A stretch of 64,000 nt of DNA from Paramecium tetraurelia (taxonomy: Eukaryota), in contig CT868649.1 of NCBI GenBank assembly GCA_000165425.1, forward strand, positions 1-64,000. The letters are read 5' to 3'. Below, piece by piece: positions 13,906 through 27,742 of this stretch; positions within the stretch are counted from its first letter, which is position 1, and each line of letters begins with the position of its first letter. The translations under genes were made by a program, and so were the position numbers. Below the pieces are notes generated by a model. That model saw only the letters and a list, made by a program, of their open reading frames with translations. It was not told where the DNA came from and did not search any database.

Positions 13906-14835
13906 TCAGTTATTTAAATCATCAAAATAAGCATGTTTTAGGGCTTCCTCTGCAGTGATTCTAGCATAAGGATCATATGTTATCATTTTAGAAAGGAGAT
14001 CTAATCCTAGTGGACATAAATTAGTAATATCTTTTCCTAACGTTGCAGCTGGATTAGTAGGGGTTGGCCATCTTGGGAAGGTACTCTTAAAGTCAGGTAA
14101 AGTGCTAACACCAGGCCAAGTAGATTCTTTAGGAGTGCCCATAATTTTAAATATCTTAAATAACTAATCTATTTCTGAATCTCCACAAAATAATGGTCTT
14201 TTTTGTGCCATTTCAGCAAAGATGCATCCCAATGACCAAATATCTACTGGTGTTGAGTATTATCTTTACCCAAGTAAAATCTCAGGGGCTCTATACCATA
14301 GGGTTATAACTTCATGGGTGTAAGTTTTTAAAGGTAAGCCAAATGCTCTAGCCAATCCGAAATCTGCGATTTAGGTATTTTATTATTTGATATCTACTAG
14401 GATATTTTATGGTTTTAAGTCTCTGTGAATGACTCTATTTTAATGACAATAGTTTAAGGCTTGTATCATTTAATTTATGAACTTCTTCACTTGCATTCTA
14501 TCTAACTAAGGTACGCTCTCCATATATTTTTTTAGATCTAAATCTACAAAATCAAATATTAAATATAATCTTGATTCATCATAAACTACATCTTTCAGTG
14601 GAACAATATTTGGATGTTGAACCTTTCATGATTAATACAATTTTACTTCTTTTAATAATGAAATTTCTCTAATTGCAGTAGATGGAACACCTTCGTCTTC
14701 ATGATCCATTCTTATTTTTTTTAATGCCACTATATCGCCAGTTTGATTATCTCTTGCTTTGTATACTAATCCATATGTTCCTTCTCCTATTTTTTCCAAT
14801 TTTTAATATCTTTCTTCGCTTTATGCTAAATCCAT
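13906..14835 (-). CDS. CDK2: PSTAIRE cyclin-dependent kinase, 301 aa
   Basis: [39 protein letters not shown]; intron 14623-14646; size matches my recollection of Paramecium Cdk2. Confidence 0.95.
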
Positions 14836-15163
14836 AACTAACAGCTATTCGTTAATTTTAATAATTATATATTCCCTTATTTATTGAACTTTAATAGTTT
14901 TATTAGATAAATGAAGTGTTTATTCTTTGAATTTTATTAAACCAATAGCAAAGATCTTTTATTTTACTAGAAATAGATCTAAGGTTAAAACAATGTCCTT
15001 TAATAGGTTTTAAGTTAAAAAATATTTCAACTTTTCAGGAAACCCATGATGTGATGTGTGAATGCTTCAATCTGAAGCTAATTATAAGTGTTAAAGAAAT
15101 AGGATTTTATAGCAGATGTATGCATTTTTAAAATCTATATTGTTTTATTAATAAAATAATGGA

Positions 15164-16418
15164 TCAAATTTAGACAATAGCATAACGATTACGATATGCT
15201 CCTCCTAATTCAAGAACTTTAGCATTTTAATTTTAAAATACTGTGGCAACATCATTGGTGATAATTCCAGTCGAAAGATCTTCATTTCCTTCTCCAAAGA
15301 ATTTCTTTCTGTAATAAAGCTTACCATCCTCGGTTGCAACTACGATGCATCTATAACAACATCCAATATTGGTGATTTTAGCGATTCCATCGGGTAGAGG
15401 AAATCTGAATAAATTAAATTATGAATCTACCTAGCTGGAGAATATTCAGCCTTACTACCAGACCAATAAACTTCATTGTTATCTAAGAGTACTGCTACAA
15501 GATCTTCTGCGACAACAAAATCTACGATCTTATTATCTCCAAATTTGTCTTTCAAAACCTGAGTTGGAAAATTGGCTGTCTCATATATTTCAACTCCAAT
15601 CTCTATCTTGACGCCAATTTATCCAAAATCATTACTACCCCATCCATAGAGATTTCCATCACTCATCAAAGCCACTGAATAGTTATTGCAAGACTTTAAT
15701 TTAACAATCGAAAGATTTTATTTTTTTTTTAAGTATCCCTCAAAGAACTCGTTTCTTTAGGGAATGTTGAAAGACTTATTATTTCCATCACCAAATACGC
15801 CATAATCACCTTTACCCCACACATATAACTCATTATTTTCATTTATGGCATTAGTGAATCTCAATCCTGATTGTATATATTTAATTTTCTTAAGTGACCT
15901 TAATGCCTTCACTGGAGTAGGTGTGTATCTATTTTTTGAATTGCCATGACCTAATGCTCCAACTTATAAAAATAATAAATCCATTAAAAAATTTTATTCT
16001 TTGCCTCCATATCCCCAAGTCCAAACATCTCCATCGTGAGTTAAAGCAACTGTATGATAATCCCCCAGTGCAACTTATTTCACTTTCAGATTATGTTTTG
16101 TAAAGAATTCAACCAATTGAGGTGTAATATAATCCTTATCTAATTTGCAATCAGATCAATACCGTTGTTATGTCCCAATTATCCACTATTACCAGTTCCC
16201 CACGTATAGAGCTCTCCCTCACTTGTGATTAAAGCCGAATGGTTTTAACCCATTTGGACTTATGCTACATTATTGTTAAATCCTTTAACTAATTAAGGCA
16301 TCGAAACTCCTTTCATTTATTGTTGACTTCCTACTGCATAACCTAAACTTCCATTAGATGAGCCCCAGGTAAACAAAGAACCTGTACTAAACAAGTACCT
16401 TCTTACACTATTAAACAT
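15164..16418 (-). CDS. RCC1-repeat protein with possible mitochondrial presequence
   Basis: Repeated LYTWG..GQLG / VWTWG / LYVWG units; N-terminus MFNSVRRYLFST. Confidence 0.9.
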
Positions 16419-16564
16419 AAATTAATTATTATTTAATTAATTATGGTGAAGTATGAATAATTATTATAATATTAATTTTCTGAACATCTTAGTGTGGCCA
16501 TGATGTATCTTAATTTATTATGATTTTAAAGGGCATTAATCATTAATTGGATATTGTTAAAAAT

Positions 16565-18039
16565 ATGATAAAAATATTACAAAAATTCAATAAAACACTC
16601 TTTCATTTCTCAAAAGAAGTATAGCTAAAGCAAAGTGAAACTTTGGGCAAAGGATTTTATCAATAGCAAATATTTACAGGATGCTTAGCTGAGTATGCTT
16701 ATTATATTGAATCAAATAAGGAAGCAATAATTATTGATCCTCTTAGAGACATCTAGCCATATCTGTAAATATTGGATATATTTTTAGCAATATTGCAAAG
16801 GAGAGAGGAGCAAAAATAAAATATGTCTTATTAACACACTTTCATGCCGATTTCATAGCTGGGCATTTAAGTTTATAGAGAGAAACTGATGCTTAAATAA
16901 TTATGGGTCCAAGGGCTACTGCTCCATTCATTAGCAAAGTGATGAATGACAATGAGTTTTTAAAGGTAGGAAAAGTTAAGATTCAAGCTCTTCATACTCC
17001 AGGTCACACTTAAGAATCAACTTGCTTTTTATTGTACGATGAGGAAGGAAAATAACATAGGTATACAAAATAATTAAATTATTTTAGCATTTATACAGGA
17101 GATACATTATTTTTGGGTGAAGTCGGAAGGCCTGATTTGGCAGTGAAGAGCGATGTTACTTAATACGACTTAGCCTCATTGCTCTATGCTTCTCTTAAAT
17201 AAAAGATATTGGGATTGCCTGATGATGTTATTGTATTCCCTGGTCATGGGGCTGGTTCAGCTTGTGGAAAGAACATCTCAGCAGGTTATAGTTGCACTAT
17301 TGGAAATCAAAAGAAAAACAATTATGCTTTACAAGAAATGGATTAAGAAACCTTTGTATAATTAGTAGCTAGTGATTTGCCTAAGCCACCTTAATATTTC
17401 TTTTATAATGCAGGCTTAAACAAAACTAATCAATTTTAAGATCTAAATTTGATATTGAAAAAAGCTAATACAAAATTGACTCCAGCAAAAGTTGTTTCAA
17501 AATAAGGAATACAAATAATTGATTCAAGAAATTCCATATCTGAAGGATTCATTCCAGGATCAATAAATGTGCCTCTCTAAATTCCATTTGCTCATTGGGT
17601 TGGGACACTCTTACCTCACGATAGAGAAATCGTTATTGTTTGTGACCCTGGAAATGAAGAATAAACAATCATGAGATTATCTAGAATTGGCTATGATAAC
17701 ATTGTTGGATATTTACATTTTGATGATTGGAAATAATCAGGAAATACAATCAACAAACCAACAGAGTTAGAAGTTTAAGATTTCTTGAAGAGAAGCAAAC
17801 TTGCATAGATTGTTGATGTTAGAACCAAAGAAGAATGGGGTAGAGGTATTTTGAAACATGCACAACTAATTACTCTTAGTGAACTACCTTAAAATTTAGA
17901 GAAATTAGATAAGTTAAGAGATATTAGCATATATTGCGGGACTGGATAAAGAGCAAAAATAGCTCATACATTATTGGTTGCCAATGGATTTACAAGAGTT
18001 TAATATTGCAAAGTAGGATATGATGATATCATCAAGTGA
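16565..18039 (+). CDS. MBL-fold persulfide dioxygenase-like hydrolase fused to two rhodanese domains
   Basis: THFHADF, HTPGHT, TGDTLFLGEVGRPDL, FPGHGAGSACGK, C-terminal YCGTGQRA; two short introns. Confidence 0.92.
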
Positions 18040-18123
18040 ATTTTTATATTTAATACAATGATAAAAATCTTTAAGTATGTTTATTCTGTTTTTATATAAT
18101 AATCAGTTTCAGTTCGCAAACCC

Positions 18124-18369
18124 TCATTATTATCTGGCCTACGGTTTTTCTGGATTATTCTAAGTCAAATAGCTAGCAATGAATTCAATAGGGTTAGGAG
18201 GTCTTTATTAAATTATACAAACTCACCTCACTTTAGCGACTTCAGTCATCGCCTAAAGTAGGATTGGAACGACTGTTTAATCCAAATAATTTCTTATAGG
18301 AAGTTATTGCAATTGCTTCATTCTCTAGGGTAAATATAAAATCTTGATTACTTCGTCTTCGCTCGACAT
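18124..18369 (-). CDS. DPY30: Dpy-30 domain protein (64 aa)
   Basis: [38 protein letters not shown]; introns 18325-18351 and 18203-18226. Confidence 0.93.
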
Positions 18370-18397
18370 GTATTTTTTATTTGAAATTTAATTAATA

Positions 18398-19639
18398 TCA
18401 TTTATTTAATAAAAATGCAATTAGAAATACAACAAATCCAGCCATAGTTCCAAAACTTGAAAAATAATACGGGAAGGCTTAAACTAAATATCTACCATAT
18501 TCATCATGTCTAAAGGGTCTTACGGTTATTTTTTCAGCTATTTTTAAAAATGTATATCCAGGTTTCAAATAATTGATTTTAAATTAAAATACACCATAAA
18601 CATCTGGGATCTATCATAATTTGGATGGATAGATACTTTAACCGATAATTCATATTTTGATCCTTCTCCTTTTTTCAATGGAAGTCTGTAATATGGATCT
18701 AACATTACAAATTCTAGAATAACATCATTATCTGTTGAATTATAAGGTACCCATTAATCCTTTTAGTAATCCCATTCAGAGATGTCAATTGAAAAATAGC
18801 AATCCTCTCTCAATCTATAATTGTAAGGTTTAATATCATCAGAATCCAATCTTCTATGAATCAGATTTTCTGCCTTTAAAATCTTTGATTATCCAAAACC
18901 CCATCGAATGATTTCTTAAGCTAATTCAAAGTTTCCCAAATTGGAATCATTCACAAATTCATCGCTCAAGATTTCCCAAGACCCTGTTGCCACAAATCTT
19001 GCATTATTTCTCCCTTAAGTTGCTCCAACATAAATAATATTATGACTAAGATTGGGACCTGAAAATGCTGTTTCTGACCCTCTCACTAAACCATAAACTT
19101 AAAATGTTTCATATGGTGTCATTGTTAATCCTGCTCCTTAATGAGCTACTGGTTTATCTACTTTAAGGATATTCACATTGTTTGTAGTAACAACATTTTG
19201 ATTCCCTTTGATATTATTGAAATAATCAACTACAGAAGACCCCTAAAAATATAGCTTTTGATTTTACATAGTCATGCATGTCTAAACCAAAACTATTTAA
19301 AAACTTTCTAAAGTATTTAGATTGGTCTGTTGATCCCAATAATAAAATATTTCTACCAGAGTCATAAAAGTCCAATAATTCTTAGGTGCTTACTTTCAAA
19401 TCGTTTGTAGTGCTGAACAACACAAGATGATCATATTGCCACTCTCCAAACAACTACAAATTGAAGGTATTTGATTAGATGTTTTTATAATCAACCCTGT
19501 ATGACTTACTCAACAAATTAAAAAATTAAGAATGTGAAACATAGACTGCAGGATTATCAGATAGCACTAACACTTTCTTTTGGTTGTATGGAGTCCCTGC
19601 CAATACTACACCAAGTATTAAAATTAAAAATTTAATCAT
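18398..19639 (-). CDS. OST48: Oligosaccharyltransferase 48 kDa subunit (OST48/Wbp1)
   Basis: Signal peptide, FGEWQYDHLVLF, VRPFRHDEYGRYLVQAFPYY plus C-terminal TM helix. Confidence 0.93.
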
Positions 19640-19655
19640 AATTAATTAAAAACCT

Positions 19656-19985
19656 TCATTCAATATCTTAATGTACATTAAGCTTATTTATTTCATCAAA
19701 TAGTTCCTCGAATACCCAAGATTGAGACTCAGAAATTGCTTAGATGGAAGATAATTATTCTTCAACTTCTAAAGCCTCATTTTCCATATGTTCAACATGT
19801 TATTGATTATCCTAGATTTTACTTTTCTATTTGGTTCTTCGTTTCTTTAACCCTTTTTCTGTATGATTTTAGATGTATTTTTCTCCTACCTCACTAACTA
19901 TCACTTTACGGATTTTATTGCATAAAATTTCAATCGAGTTTGAATCTTCTTGATTTTATTATGAGACTTTCCTTTTAGATAGCAT
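19656..19985 (-). CDS. Hypothetical protein (~109 aa)
   Basis: ATG-to-TGA open frame MLSKRKVSQQNQEDSNSIEILCNKIRKV... Confidence 0.6.
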
Positions 19986-20036
19986 CTTACTAATATTAAT
20001 TATAAATTAATAAATTATAATAGATTACGATTATGC

Positions 20037-22729
20037 TCAAATCAATCTTATTGATATCTAAAATAATTTTAAATTATAATAAAAATTAATCACAAACACA
20101 GAGACAATCCTCAATATATCTGTAATATCTTTGAATAATTGTTTAGTATATCTACACTACTCTAAGAAAATTGAACTTCCTACTTACAAATTCTTATCCC
20201 TTAGGAGACAGGATATTTAAGTAAAGTCTCGTTAAATTCTTTTATTTTGGCACTAAAATAGTTATTTAAATTATTACATTGTTAGCGATTTATCAAGATC
20301 TTTTTTCTCTTAAATTAAATACAAAATTTAGCAGAAAACCATCTTCATTAAATGCACTTACTTATTATCTAATAAACATTTCGATAGTTCACGCACATTT
20401 ATATTGACTAACATAGAATTAATTTCATTTAATGAGATTTAATCTTATCTGATTAATGCAGAAGTTAATTAAAATATCTCAATCAATTAAAATCTATGCA
20501 AGTAATAATATTATTTAAAAGTCTTTGCTAAACTCTTTATTTTAGGATGTAATATCTCTAAATTTCTAGCTAAATGCTATCCTTTATCCTATTTGACACC
20601 TAACTATGAAATATAATATTAATTGACTATGAAGCTAGCTATTATCAAAACAAATTAGGTTTCATGATATAAATAGATAGCTGTTTCTATCAGAGTTTCT
20701 TAGTTTTAATTAAGCAATAGTCTGATATAATTGCTCATTTCATCTAATTTCAAAAATATTGCAGTTTAGCAGTCACTGATTTAATTTTTTGTTGAGGCCA
20801 TAGCCAATTATTATTATAAATCTTTCAGAGCAGAGTGCAAGTTTTTTTCAAAATGCTGATGAACCATTTCATTTATGATTTTAAGTAATTGATAAAGTCC
20901 AAAAATGCTTTCCAAGTTCTCCTTTGTGGTTTTATCGCTCAATACTTAAGAGACATGATTGCTTCTTTACAGTAAATTTGCAATAGACTCAGTATTATAT
21001 TCAGCAACACTTAAAATCAAACAAGAAATAAGAGGATATTTGTTCTAAGTATAATTTACAATATTGTCGATTATCCATTTAGTTTATTTTTCAATATCTT
21101 AATTAATTTGTGATTTGATGTTAAGGGTTGTAATCACTGAATTTAAAATGAAATATTCAATTTGTGAAAGGCACTAATTTTGAATTTTGTATAATTCATT
21201 CAAAATGTAATCATACCTTTGTAAAAAGAGATTAGTTCTTAGGCAAACAGATGTTTAAGGTATGACCTCATGTAATTCTGCCAAAGTCCAATGAGGAAAT
21301 GATTTTTTTGATTCATACTCTTATCTTTCATATTAAATATAATTTTCGGAGACGTGAGCCGTTTTCAAAATCATCCAAAAGAAAAAGTCCTTATCTTTTT
21401 GGAACTTGGTTTCCTCAAAAACATCATATGCTTCACTTACATCCATTAATAACCAATAACATTATTGCAATATGATATCACAACATTATTACCTATATTT
21501 CTCTTCAACATCATTTTGATTGATGACTTTTTTTTAATATGTAATTAGGTTAACCAAATCAAAGAAGCTTAAGAATTATTAGGCAAAATTCTAATCGTTA
21601 GAAATGAGTGTTTAGAGTATTTTCTCTGCTTCGTTTATTTTTCCGCATCTCATCAATACAAGGAGAATACCACTTGGATAAAACTATCCAACTTAATATA
21701 TTTCATTGTCATGCAAATACGGAAGATAATATTCTTTAAATTTTCTATTTAAATTTTACAAGTCAATATGTCCAATTTATTTAAGCATATCATTTTCTAG
21801 ATGAGTTACAGTGTTTCTGATAATTTTTTCGCTAAGATAAATTCATAAAGGTATACCAAATATCCTCATGAGTTTTATTTTGTGTTATGTCTTTGAATTG
21901 ATCTGCCAACAATTTCATTTCCACTTTGTGAGGGGTTTCGAAATTTTCCAAGGTTCTAAATAGTTTCTCATAAATCAAAGGATTTTTTTTGTTCTTATTA
22001 AATTCTTACAGAACCTAATATAAATGATGATCAATAAATAGCTTTTCTAAAATGACCTCATTATATTAATTAAGTTGAAATTCATTCGTCACCAGTCTTT
22101 CTATTCTATGGGATGTTTTTAGGATATCAACTAATTTAGTTCTTTGTCGACATCTGCTTTTCTATTCAATATTACTGAATGAGTTGAATGTCTATCTGAT
22201 AATATAGAACTTTTTACTTGCTTGTTTTTGAAGTGGTCTTGGGATATTTGCGAATAATTTTTGTAATCTTAAATTTTGATGTTAGAATTATAATGCGAAT
22301 GTCTTATTTTGATATCCTAATTTACTTTTTCAGTTAATCTTTTGATATGGTCACTCATATAATCCACATTATTAATTTATAAATTGAATTTCTTAAATAA
22401 CTAATCTACTTTTGTTCCCATTTCGTCAATTAGATAGCCTAGGTAGTAAATTGGTGCAAATTACATTGAGTCTTTTTGATTGGAATTAGACAATCAAACC
22501 GCTTACTCATTCTATTGAGCATGTAGTTGGTTGAGATTGATATTGTTAAAATAGTTTTCTCATTTATCTCTTTAATTTTATCTGCTTCAATTGTGTCTTG
22601 AGAAATCGATTTGAGATTCAACTAATTAGACCCAATGTTAGTTAAGGCATTTTTCAGCTGTAATCCCTCTCGATAACTACTTTAAAGCATTTATTTTTAA
22701 TTGTTTTAATTAATCAAATTCACTATCAT
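20037..22729 (-). CDS. Large helical protein, tentatively Nup93/Nic96-like nucleoporin (ends uncertain)
   Basis: Long ciliate-code frame; ordered motifs (ILLVLMNAEKINEA, KDFFFWMIL, NLFLQRYDYILNEL, YTQNKYPLISCLIL) resemble Nic96 by eye. Confidence 0.5.
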
Positions 22730-22777
22730 TATTTAATTATTTTATAAAACAATACTTAATATTTTATTTTATTATAA

Positions 22778-23457
22778 ATGCATTCATAAATCTCACTATC
22801 AGAAATGTTCAGAAGTTATGAGCAAGACTATAAGGCTCATATGGAATCAGTTATGTTGGATCTCTTGAAAATGAGTAAGGATAGAAGGGATGAAGCAGAT
22901 AAAAGTTTCTCCAAAGTATCTGATGAACTTCAATAGACAGAATAATGCGTAATTTATTTCTATATAGATTGCAGATCAAATAAATGGAGTTGGAAGCCTC
23001 CACTCTGCCTGGTAGTTATAAAAAGGAATTGATGGAAACAATTAAGTAATATAAAAGGGATATGGCAAAAGTGGAGAAGGATTTTAAATAATTATAGTTG
23101 GATCAATAAGAAGACTCAAGCAGAGAAAAATTGTTTAATGACAGATAAATCAATCAAGCCTTGCTAAAATAAGAAGATCGTTTAATTCGACAAACTTTAG
23201 AATTAGAAGCAGCCAAAAGAACTGCTTATTTGACTGAATAATAGGCAAATCAAATCTCGCTCAATCTTCATTCTTAATCAATGACTTTAGATAATTCAAT
23301 TAGGAAGACGTAATATATCAGAGAGGACTTGGGAGAATCTAATAATTTAGTGAAAATTATGAAAAATAGAATAATGAAAAGAAAGTTTATAGTCTACGGA
23401 GTTTTTGGTTTCCTAGGTCTATGTTTAGCAATTGCCATAATGAGTTGGTTTATTTGA
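22778..23457 (+). CDS. VTI1: Vti1-like Qb-SNARE
   Basis: SEMFRSYEQDY, IKQMELEA, SNARE heptads, C-terminal TM helix; one intron. Confidence 0.88.
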
Positions 23458-23506
23458 TTAAGAATTCAGTTTTAAAGTTTAATTATTATTATTAATTGAA
23501 AACTAA

Positions 23507-25030
23507 ATGGCGGAAATCTTAGGGGACTTATTAAAACAAAAAAGAGACAACTTTCGAGTCGAATTAAGGAGAAAGGCAACTGAAGAACTCTTCAAACAAA
23601 AAAGAAGAACTTATACGAATAATGTGTAAACTTAATTGACGGATGAAATAATCAATATTTGGTAAATGAATTTAGTGAACTAAAATTATGAGGAAACCCT
23701 CAATGAAATAGGATTATATTTAAGTAATTCAACCGTTGAAGTATTAGAACTCATCTAATAATTAGTATAATTTAAAATTAATTAATAAACATGAAGTATA
23801 TTCCTTATTACTAAACATTTGGAATAAGCAGGAATTGAACTATCATATAATTGAACAATTACTTAAGATATTCGCAAATTTACATTCCCATAATGTATTT
23901 GATGATTTGAAACTATTGCAAAATGAATAGCTAATGAGAAAATTGTTTTAGTTATTGGAAATGACTTCATATCAAAAAATTCAATCTCTAATCTTCTTCT
24001 TATTAGCAAATCTCACTGGAAATGATAATGGAGTCAAAGCTAGATAATTGGCAGATTATGAATTTTGTACTCTTCTCAAGAAAATGTGGATTAATAGGCA
24101 AATTTCCTTTGAAGTATTATATTATTAGTAAATTTTGAGATTGAAAATATTAGATAATTCTGTTGGTTTTTAAAAAACTTTTTCTCCTATGATTCAAAAA
24201 ATGTGGCTGGTTTTACATTAAGAGAAGTATATTGTGATTGATTTATTAAGGTCAAAGATCTTTTGCCAATTGTATTAGAATGCATTGATTAAAATGATAA
24301 GGAAATAAAATTCTATTCCTTATTGACTCTCAAGTATATGTGTTAAGCTAAAGAAGAAATACTTGCAGACATTTTTAATAAACTGAAAATGTTCAATAAA
24401 TTAATCGATATGTAGAGGAAAAGTAATGATGAGGAGATTTAATTAAAAATACTTGACATTATAGCCTCTTTTGCTATGGCAGATGATTAGATAACGACTT
24501 AATTAGTGAATGAGTTCAAAATCTTGGACTTCTTCTTATAAATCTATATCTAACCAGGTAGAAGCAAGTAGATGGAATTCAAAAAAATAATCTTATGGGG
24601 ATTAAACAACTTGTGTTGTAATTAAAAATTTGAAGTATTACAAACCATAGTGCAACATGATCTAATCTAATTTATGCAAAAGGATGAAAATGAAACAGAA
24701 ATTATCAAAGATGTCTTAGAAGTTATTATAAGCGTTTCTTAATTAAAAAACACAGATTTATTAAAGTACTTTTTAATGAGAGGTAAAATTGCGGATATAG
24801 TGATGAATTAATTGAAGCTCAAAACATCAAAAATTGTTATGTTAATGTGTTTGAAAATAATACATAACTTTGCTTTTCAAATAGGAAAGCATTCACAATA
24901 CGATTTGAATATGGCGGTAGAATTGTTTATTTCCAAAGGCTTAGACAAACTACTTAATTAATTAGAATTTGATCCAGATAATGATATCAGTCTATTTGCA
25001 TAAAAATTAACTGAGACTTTCCTTTAATGA
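23507..25030 (+). CDS. Importin-alpha-like ARM protein
   Basis: IBB-like KRDNFRVELRRKATEELFKQKRR; ARM-like LANLTG, WFLKN and LWGLNNL. Confidence 0.82.
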
Positions 25031-25083
25031 ATTGATATAATTAATTTATTGACATTTATTATTATTGAATTTATGCACAAAAT

Positions 25084-25810
25084 TCATTCGTCTTTGTAAT
25101 ACGATTCCTTCAATGTTGGGATTGTATGAAAATTCTACCAGGTGAACTCAACATCGCATTTTGATTGCCACACATAGAATGAAAACAATCCTACTGTTGT
25201 ATGCCACATTCCATGATAAAATCTTAAATAATCCTAATACTCATCTTGGGATAAACTAAAAAACACTATGGCTGCCAATAAGATAAGCAATCCTTTTTTC
25301 ATCTTAATAAATATTTGAGATTAGTACTTTCTATTTATTCAATTTTGGCAATCTTCTTCTTTTGATAATCAAAAAGATGCAAATAAATAATTGCATTAAA
25401 ATAGGTCCCACAGTATAATTTAAATCCCATGGAGATTTGGCTTATGCTATGAAAGTAACAAAAAGTCCAAAATAATTTAACATTGTTTCAAGATGTAAAT
25501 TTTACAAATCGCTCAATTAGGTAAATAACATCTAAAAACAAACAATTGATCCAACATTATCTAATCGATGCCAACCTCCTTCTTCAATTATGAAATACTT
25601 GCAATCAACACTCTCTAATGTGTGATACATGAAACTTGTAATCAAGGTAAATATGGAGATATAAAATTAGAAATCCATTCTTTGCTTCCTGATAATGATA
25701 ATCGCTGGAATCACCACGAAATTAGTAATTCCTGTAATTAAAACCATCATAAACATTTCAAATTAGTTGTACCCATATTTAGAATGCACAACATTTTATA
25801 TATCTGTCAT
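25084..25810 (-). CDS. TMEM8/DUF3522 (CREST superfamily) multi-pass membrane protein
   Basis: SFMYHTLES, WHRLDNVGS, YLRFYHGMWH; several hydrophobic helices; one 25-nt intron. Confidence 0.8.
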
Positions 25811-26129
25811 TAAGTAATTAATTCATTTATTATAAAAGCTATTTGAATTCTTATCAATCAGAATACTAAATGCATTTTCTAATTAAATTTCATTAAATTA
25901 TATCATATTGAGGTACTTCTTATAGACAAATCACATCAAAACCTCATCAAATTTTTTGAGTGTAAAATATATTAGTTTAGATTAAGGATAATATTTAAGA
26001 TCATTTGAATTCTACACAATAACATTGAAATCTGGAAAATACACAAAATGAAAAATACTATACGCTCCTTTGAATTGACCTTTAATAATAATTAGAGATT
26101 AATTAAAAAATAAATTAATTTTTAAAAAC

Positions 26130-27632
<1,503 letters not shown>

Positions 27633-27742
27633 TGAGTATTATAAGATAATATAATAAATCGATTTGGTCTTACTTTTTATATATTTGTTATAAAATTTTT
27701 TTGGTGTTTATATTGTAATAATTATGGAAATGCAAAATTGAA

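Noticed and set aside
15045..15076. C/D-box-like words (atgatg...ctga)
   Set aside because: Spacing too short, box C imperfect, no guide target identifiable
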